From Rhina ancylostomus (taxonomy: Eukaryota), in the NCBI GenBank assembly GCA_030265395.1, contig JARFYF010000094.1:38795841-38859840 (forward strand): DNA of 64,000 nt. The letters are read 5' to 3'. The position numbers were made by a program, and so were the translations under genes. Positions 56,503 through 64,000 of this stretch are shown here, piece by piece. The first letter of the stretch is position 1, and each line of letters begins with the position of its first letter. The notes below the pieces were generated by a model. It ran no database searches, was not told the origin of the DNA, and saw nothing but the letters and a program-made list of their open reading frames with translations.

Positions 56503-57021
56503 NNNNNNNNNNNNNNNNNNNNNNNNNNNNNNNNNNNNNNNNNNNNNNNNNNNNNNNNNNNNNNNNNNNNNNNNNNNNNNNNNNNNNNNNNNNNNNNNNN
56601 NNNNNNNNNNNNNNNNNNNNNNNNNNNNNNNNNNNNNNNNNNNNNNNNNNNNNNNNNNNNNNNNNNNNNNNNNNNNNNNNNNNNNNNNNNNNNNNNNNNN
56701 NNNNNNNNNNNNNNNNNNNNNNNNNNNNNNNNNNNNNNNNNNNNNNNNNNNNNNNNNNNNNNNNNNNNNNNNNNNNNNNNNNNNNNNNNNNNNNNNNNNN
56801 NNNNNNNNNNNNNNNNNNNNNNNNNNNNNNNNNNNNNNNNNNNNNNNNNNNNNNNNNNNNNNNNNNNNNNNNNNNNNNNNNNNNNNNNNNNNNNNNNNNN
56901 NNNNNNNNNNNNNNNNNNNNNNNNNNNNNNNNNNNNNNNNNNNNNNNNNNNNNNNNNNNNNNNNNNNNNNNNNNNNNNNNNNNNNNNNNNNNNNNNNNNN
57001 NNNNNNNNNNNNNNNNNNNNN

Positions 57022-59193
57022 TGATGACATACCAAATCTCCTCAAACTCCTAATGAAGTAGAGCCGCTGGCATGCCTGCTTCATGATTGCATCAATGTGT
57101 TGGGCCCAAGATAGATCCTCTGAGATGTTGACACTCAGGAACTTGAAGCTGCTCCCCTTTCCACCACTGACCCCCTCAATGAGGACTGGTGCATGTTCCT
57201 CCAACTTCCCCCTTCCTGAAGTCCACAATCAATTATTTGGTCCTGCTGATGTGAGTGTGAGGTTGTTGTTGCAAGACCACTCAACCAGCCGATCTGTCTC
57301 CCTCCTGTACACCTCCTTGTCTCCATCTAAGATTCTGCCAACAACAGTGGTGTCTTCGGCAAATTTATAGATGGCATTCGAACTGTGACTAGTCACCCAG
57401 TCATGAATGTAGAGAGAGCAGAGCAGTGGGCTAAGCACACCTCCTTGAGGTGCACCTGTGTTGATTGTCAACAAGGAGGAGATGTTACTACCAATTTGCA
57501 CTGATTGTGGTCTCCCGATAAGGAAATCAAGGATCCAGTTGCAGAAGGAGGTACAGAGGGCCAGGTTTTGAAGCTCGTTGATTAGTGCTGAGGGGATAAT
57601 GGTGTTGAATGCTGAGCTGTAACCGATAAACAGCAGCCTGACGTATTTATTGCTGTTGTCTCTGTGCTCCAAAGTCGAGTGCAGAGCCAGTGAGATTGTG
57701 TCTGCTGTCGACTTGTTGTGGTGGTAGGCGAATTGCAGTGGGTCCAGTTCTTTGCTCAGGCAGGAGTTAATTCTAGCCATGACCAACTTCTCAAAGTACT
57801 TCATCACAGTAGATGTGAGTGCTTCCGGATGATAGTCATTGAGGCAGCTCACCCTGCTCTTCTTGGGCACCGGTATGATTGATGTCCTTTTGAAGCAGGT
57901 GGGAACCTCTGACTGCAGCAGTGAGAGGTTGAAGATGCCTTTGAACACTCCAACCAGTTAGTTGGTACAGATTTTCAGTGCCATACCAGATACACCATCG
58001 GGGCCTGACACCTTGCGAGGGTTCACCCTCTTGAAGGATGTTCTAATGTCAGCCTCTGAGTCAGAGATCACAGGGTCATCAGATGCTGGGGGGATTTGCA
58101 CAGGTGTAGTGTTATTCTCCCTTTCCAAGCGTGCATAAAAGGCATTAAGCTCATCAGGGAGTGAAGCATCACTGCCATTTATGCTGTTAGGTTCCTCCTT
58201 ATGGGAAGTAATGGCATACAAACACTGCCACTGCTGTCACGCGTCTGATTGTGTCTTTTACTTCACATGGAATTGTCTTTTCACTTTCACGATAACCTTC
58301 TGTAGGTTACACCTGAACTTTTTGTAGGGTTCCAGATCACCGGTCTTGAACGCCATAGATCTAGCCCTCAGCAACTCCTGGTTCATCCAGGGCTCCTGGT
58401 TTGGGAAAACTCAGTATCTACTGGATGACCCACACTCACCCACACAGGTCTTGATGAAATCAATGACGGCCATTGGATATTCATTCAGATCTGAAGATGA
58501 ATTCCTGAATATGGTCCAGTCCACCAATTCAAAGCAGTTCTGTAAACGGTCCTTTGCATCCCTTGACCATACCTTTGCTGTCTTCACCCCTGGTGCCGTG
58601 GTCCTCAGTCTCTGCCTATATGTCGGGAGTAGAAATACAGCCAGGTGCTCGGACTTGCCAAAGTGCGGGTGTGGGATGGCACATGAAGCGTTCTTGATGG
58701 CGGTGTAACAGTGATCGAATGTGTTGGCTCGTCTGGTTCTGCAGGTGAGATGTTGGTGGGAGTTCATCAGAGACTTCTTCAGGATAGCCTGGTTGAAGTT
58801 CCCTGTGATGACCGGAAAGGCACCAGGGTGCACTGTCTCGTGACTATTGATCACGGTGCACAGCTCCTCCAGTGCCAGTTTGACATTTGCCAGGGGTGGT
58901 ACACCGCTACCAGGGTAACGGCATAGACCTCCCTCAGCAGATAAAATGGACAACACTTGACCGCCACATGTTCCAGGTCGGGGAAGCAGGACCGAGAGAG
59001 AACTGCCACGTCTGTGCACCTCGATGAGTTAATTGTGAAGCAAACACCGCCGCCTCTGCCTTTAGCTGATGCTGCTGTCTGGTCCATGCGATGAACGGTG
59101 AAGCCCTTGGGGTGGAGCGCTGTGTCCAGAGTGCTGGGAGTGAGCCAGGTCTCTGTGAAGCAGAGTACACAACAATCCTTGATGTCTCTCTGA
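57022..59193 (-). mobile_element. Rex1/Babar-type LINE ORF2 (APE endonuclease + RT), 5'-truncated and disrupted
   Basis: [87 protein letters not shown] (YADD-box mutated) and QRLYFIRSLRRF, spread over several frames with stops. Confidence 0.9.
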
Positions 59194-59259
59194 TGTTCAA
59201 GGGAAATATAGGATTGTCAGCAGTATGGCAATGACAGTTAATTTTATATATTTCCTGCA

Positions 59260-59610
59260 ACATAGAAGCAGACTGTTCAGCCCATCCAGACTATGCAGTC
59301 TATCAGACCATCTCCATCGGTCCCATTCCCCCACTTACTTTCCCACAACATCTTCCCTCTCATGTTGCCTATCAACTCCATGCTGATTCTCCTCACACCC
59401 ACCACTACCAGGGTTCATTCACAATAGCCAGTTAATGTATCAGCACATCTTCGCGATGTTGGGGGGGGGGGAGGGGAGGAGCCAGAGCATCAAGAAGAAA
59501 CTCACGGGAAGAGGGAGCAAATTGCACATAGACTGCACCAGAGGTCGGGATTGAACCTGGGTCGCTGGAGCTGTGAGCCTGCAGCACTACCTGCTGCACC
59601 ATTGTGCTGC
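59260..59610 (-). mobile_element. HE1/V-SINE-like tRNA-derived SINE
   Basis: Minus-strand A box TGGTGCAGCAGG (59590-59601), B box GGTTCAATCCC (59547-59557), V-domain-like core and CR1-type tail (GATGGGCTGAACAG). Confidence 0.8.
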
Positions 59611-60029
59611 ACTTAGCAATAGGAGCCAGCTTTGATCTGGATCCGGGTGGGTAAACAAGATGCAAAGAATCCTACAGTTATTACATTGGTGGCATTTCCT
59701 TCTTCATCTACAGCATTGGTTCCAGTGAGTTCAGCTGAAACTTTGGAAAAGGCTTGGGTCACCTGTCACCACCACTGGGGGAAGAGGCATCGAAAGGACA
59801 CTCCTCAGGCTGGAGCACTGCCAGCATACTGGCTGCCCTGAGGGTTACTGGAACACCTGCTGCAGTGGCCCTGGGCCTCAGCCTCAGCAACATGGTGATT
59901 ACAAGGCTCTGGTCAAGATAAGTGGTCTTTTACGACAAGTGATAATCGACACAGGAGCAGATCTCCCATTAATTGTTACAGCACTTACAAGCAGATGTTT
60001 ATTCCAATTCCACTGATCAACCACGGTAT

Positions 60030-60129
60030 CATAAAAACAAATTGCTAGAGGTAGTCAGCGGGTCAAGCAACACCCGTGGAGGCAAAGGGATGGCTAACGT
60101 TTTGGGTCGGACCCTGCATTAGGACCTGA
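60030..60129 (-). mobile_element. Older Penelope-type terminal repeat with a mutated hammerhead core
   Basis: Minus strand reads GTC-CTAATGCA-GGGT-CCG-ACCC-AAAAC-GTT followed by the family repeat. Confidence 0.7.
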
Positions 60130-60147
60130 TCCCATTTTATTCTTTCC

Positions 60148-60346
60148 TCATGAAAAACACAGTGATGCTGGAGGAACTCAGCAGGCCAGGCAGCATCTGT
60201 GGAGAAAAGCAGGCGGTCAACGTTTCGGGGTCGGGACCCTTCTTCAGGACTGAAGGTAGGAAAAGGGGAAGCCCAATGTATAGGAGGGAAAAGCAGAGCA
60301 GTGACAGGTGGATAAAAGAGGGGAGGCGGGGTGGGCACAAGGTGGT
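60148..60346 (-). mobile_element. Penelope-type terminal repeat containing a hammerhead motif
   Basis: GATGCTGGAGGAACTCAGCAGGCCAGGCAGCATCTG on + strand plus the hammerhead-like motif and a purine-rich flank. Confidence 0.8.
60214..60252 (-). ncRNA. Minimal type I hammerhead ribozyme-like motif
   Basis: Minus strand: CAGUC-CUGAAGA-A-GGGU CCCG ACCC-C-GAAAC-GUU-GACCG. Has the CUGANGA and GAAA core boxes, helix II, palindromic ACGU helix III, an NUH triplet (GUU) and helix I (4/5 pairs). Confidence 0.6.
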
Positions 60347-60814
60347 TGTGGAATCCAAGGCTAGAAGGGCTGTTGGTGGTGGTGAACACACAGGGACATG
60401 GAGTCCTTGCAGGAGACAATCATCCATGATCTGATTGACAGGCATGAAGGTCCTACACTTGCTTCTATTTATTATGTCCTTGCCAAGGAAGGAAATATTA
60501 CTCTCTGCTGCTCCAACGTCCCAGGAAACATGATAAGAATTAAATTATATTGTAACTAAAGAACTTTCCACCCTCTGTGGTGTCACCTACTTCCTATAAG
60601 ATCCAGGAATGGAAACCATCTGGTCTCAGGAAGTTGTCATCCTTAAGTATCATTATTTTCTTCACTGCAGTTCCTTATGGTGGAATCGCAGTTTTTAATT
60701 CAGTGTTTGTTTCTTTGGAATTTCCAGAATGCTCTTCTCTTCTTGGGAACAAGTACTGATGTGCAAAGTAATTATTCAACACATACTCATATCTTTATTA
60801 GCACTTCCATTGGA

Positions 60815-61680
60815 AGAAAAGAAATGGATGTACACCTGGGCCACTTGCCCTTCAAGGTTGCTGCCACATTCACTAAGATCATGTCCGATCTTTTACCTCG
60901 TGCCACTTTCCTGCACTAACTCCATGTATCTCGATTTCCTTAACATCCCAAAATCTACATGCATTCGGGAACTGAGCCTCCGCAGCCTCTGGGGAAGAGA
61001 ATCCCAAAAATATATCACCCACTCAATGAAGAAATTTCGTCTCATCTCAGTCATGAATGGGTGATCCTTTTATTCTGAGTCTGTGACCCCTGGTTCATGA
61101 AATCCCAGGCCTGGGAACATCAACCTCACATCTACCCAGTCAAGCCCTGAAAAGACTTTGTAAGTTTCGATTAGATAAATTCTCATTGTTATAAATACAG
61201 AACAATAGAGAAAATATAGGTGCTTCATGAATCTTTCTCCACAGGAAAAACCAACAATCCCATTAGTCAGTCCAGTGAACATTTGCTATACGCTCACTAT
61301 TGCAAGTATTTCCTTCCTGAGGTTCGGAGACCAGATCTGTACATGATATTCCAGGTGCAGTCTCACCAGGGCCCCATAGAATTGCAGAAAGATTTGCTTA
61401 CTCTAGTATTCAAATCTACCTGCAGGAAAGGCCAACACAAATTTGCCTTCCTAATTGCTAAGTGTACGTGCATGTTCACTTTCAGTACAAGGGCCCCCAT
61501 GTCCCACTGAACACCGACAAGTATCAGACTCTTACCATTTTAGAAATGTTCTGCATTTCTATCGTTTTTGACTAAAGTCTGTGACCTTACACTTTCCCAT
61601 CTGTCACGTCCTTGCCCATTCACTTAGCCTGTCTATATCCCCTGAAATCTCCATGCATTCTTCTCACACTCCACCCTGGC
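60815..61680 (-). mobile_element. CR1 LINE 3' portion
   Basis: Minus-strand peptide RIYLIETYKVFSGLDWVD..MFP and the RRNFF..V..W.SLP region; CR1 tail at ~60830-60890. Confidence 0.8.
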
Positions 61681-61944
61681 ACCTTATCGTCATTATCGAT
61701 TTTCACAGGGTCTCATTGCTCCCGACCCTTCTTTTCAAATGTAATTATAACAATTTTTCATATTAATTATGAAATCTCTTGCAAGCTTTCTTTCACAATC
61801 CCTTTTTGTAGATCTTATCATCCATTCTGTCACTTTTTATGTATCATTGTACCTCCCCGTCAATAGCATTATCTCTATGTTCCGCCGATGTAATAATTTC
61901 CTTACCTCTTTTAGTCGCTGATGGCTGTGTTTTCTTTCACAGAG

Positions 61945-62296
61945 TCAGAGCAGCTTATGGCACGGGAGAGGCTGTTCTGTCCACGTTGCCCAGAAAAGGG
62001 TTGATTTAGGAGATACAGCACAGATATCATGGGCCAAAGGGCCTGTTCTGTGTTCGATAGAGACCTACCTTTCAGCTCTCAGCCATTAGCCTTGTGAGTT
62101 ACAGGTCTTTTGTAGCTTAGCTAAATACCTTTCAACATCCACCATCATTTTAGACTCTGCCTTCCAGACTCCTAACCCTGAGAAACCTATCCACAACTCC
62201 CTCTTAATCCTTCTGTCAGCCCTTCTAGTTTAAATCCAAGCCTCCTGGTGTTCAATTCCCTATCTAGTTGAGGCATCTTCTAATTTTGTACACCTT
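61945..62296 (-). mobile_element. Degraded CR1 3' fragment(s)
   Basis: CTTCCAGACTCCTAACCCTGAG...TAATTTTGTACACC, the reverse of the CR1 C-terminal region, plus tail-like pieces. Confidence 0.5.
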
Positions 62297-62411
62297 GGTC
62301 TCTTTCATTTGNNNNNNNNNNNNNNNNNNNNNNNNNNNNNNNNNNNNNNNNNNNNNNNNNNNNNNNNNNNNNNNNNNNNNNNNNNNNNNNNNNNNNNNNN
62401 NNNNNNNNNNN

Positions 62412-63030
62412 TAAAGAAATTTGGTTTGTTCCCTTTGACACTCACCATCTTTTATCGATGCACCATAGAAAGCATGCTATCTGGATGCATCATGGCTTAG
62501 TACAGCAACTGCTCTGCCCAGGACCACAAAAAACTGCAGAGAGTTGTGGACACAGCCCAGCGCATCACAGACACCAGCCTCCCCTCCTTGGACTCTGTCT
62601 TTACCTCTTCTTGTCTTGGTGAAGCAGCCAGCATAGTTAAAGACTACACCCACCCAGGTCATTCGATCTTCTCTCCTCTTCCGTCAGGTATAAGATACAG
62701 GAGCCTGAGGGCACGTACCGCCAGACTTAAGGACAGCTTCTACCCCACTGTGATAAGACTATTGATATAAGACCTTGTATGATGAGATGAACTCTGACCT
62801 CGAAATCTACCTTGTTGTGACCTTGCAACTTATTGCACTCCACTTTCTCTGCAGCTGTGACACTTTACTCTGTATTGTTATTGTTCTTACCTGTACTACA
62901 TTAATGCACCCTGCACTAACTCAATGTAGCTGCACTGTGCAATGAACTGACCTGTACGATTGGTATGCAAGACAAGTTTTTCACTGTACCTCAGTACAAG
63001 TGACAATAATAAACCAATACTGATACCAAG
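62412..63030 (+). mobile_element. Rex1/Babar-type LINE 3' end (DUF1891-like C-terminus + 3' UTR)
   Basis: LTIFYRCTIESMLSGCI..*..KLQRVVDTAQRI..LPSL..IVKDYTHPGHSIFSPLPSGIRYRSLRART.RLKDSFYP.VIRLL, ending in tail GTACAAGTGACAATAATAAACC. Confidence 0.88.
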
Positions 63031-63349
63031 AATTAGATCATCCCAATATTAGATCTCTTCATTCAGGTTTCATTGCTCTATATGACCCCTGGCAAGCAGT
63101 CATCGCCAAAGTGATTCCTAATATTTCTAATGTTGTTCTGCAGCTAAGAGGAGCACTGAATGGTGTGTCTCAACAGCTTCTCCCTAGTTATCCTTTCTCT
63201 GCCTTGCCCTGGATCTGAGGGATGTCACTGATGAGGCAGGTGTCATTGTTGGCAATGCATAACCAGCATCTGCAGATGCAAAAGACGCCCAATTTATTTG
63301 TGAGCCTCAGCAATAATGTCAGAGGTTATGGGGCTTTTGGAGTTTATAT

Positions 63350-63660
63350 TAGAATTGGTATTGAGTTCAATAACTTTGTTTATGCTTTCCCTATTTACAC
63401 CTCCTCTAAGAATAACTTTATGGTCTTTCCTTCCACTATCTCTGCTTTGTCTTTGTGTCTCTTCTGCCTTCCACCACTCAGAGATTTGCCTTCTATTATC
63501 TCATCCTGTTCTCATATCCCCTTATAACCAGCCACCTGCACCCCCCCCGTCCCACCCACACTGACCTCCTCTTTCTCTGCATGAACCTGTTCATCTCTAA
63601 CTTTTCTCAATTCTGATCATTGTCAGTATTTTCTAATTTTATTCCAGTTTATCAGCATGA
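63350..63660 (+). mobile_element. Possible Penelope ORF end and pseudo-LTR relic
   Basis: IGIEFNNF resembles the GxNIEFxNF end of Penelope ORFs as I recall it. It is followed by a pyrimidine-rich stretch and CTCTAACTTTTCTCAATTCTGAT, which stops at a CTGAT-type core start. Confidence 0.4.
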
Positions 63661-64000
63661 TTTTACTTTGGTATTATATTTGAATCTATTGACTTAATAT
63701 TTCTCAAGCTGAAATGCGGCAGTGCTCATTTTCAGTAGATTTTAATGGTTCTGTTGTGTCTTTTCAATGCCCCAGGGTAGAAACAGAAGTAATGGCAGGA
63801 ATCTGTGTCTCATAAATATCTTTATAATGGGCTATTTTCCAAATTGTGCCACCTCAAACTCTTTCGCCAGTCACTGTCATATCCAATGTTCTTGAAATTG
63901 ATTTTGGGAACATTTTGTTTTATTCTCCTTTGAAAAGGTTAACAGCATAACGAGGAGAAATGCAAGTTAACCATTCTTCCTGTTGAAATAAATCCCTTGA

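Noticed and set aside
59540-59610. tRNA-like A/B boxes (also 37500, 46201, 15085)
   Set aside because: They are SINE heads followed by SINE bodies; no complete cloverleaf.

Overview
Vertebrate genomic DNA from a gapped draft assembly. The repeat families (HE1/V-SINE-like and Deu-domain SINEs, CR1, Rex1/Babar and Penelope-type repeats) point to a cartilaginous fish (shark or ray); this is an inference. The only protein-coding gene is LRRN1 on the + strand, with its whole CDS in one exon (41993/42005-44152). A probable non-coding first exon with a CCAAT/TATA promoter lies about 29 kb upstream (~12.6-12.97 kb). The rest is intronic or intergenic DNA full of transposon relics: LINEs, SINEs, a Tc1/mariner MITE, Gypsy gag and integrase remnants, and LTRs. 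The most unusual signal is a family of short Penelope-type repeats carrying a minimal hammerhead-ribozyme motif. One near-intact core is at 60214-60252. Two copies form ~210-bp fold-back insertions with exact target-site duplications, and their inversion breakpoints fall at the ribozyme motif. Repeat family names come from motif recognition, not database searches, and repeat boundaries are approximate.
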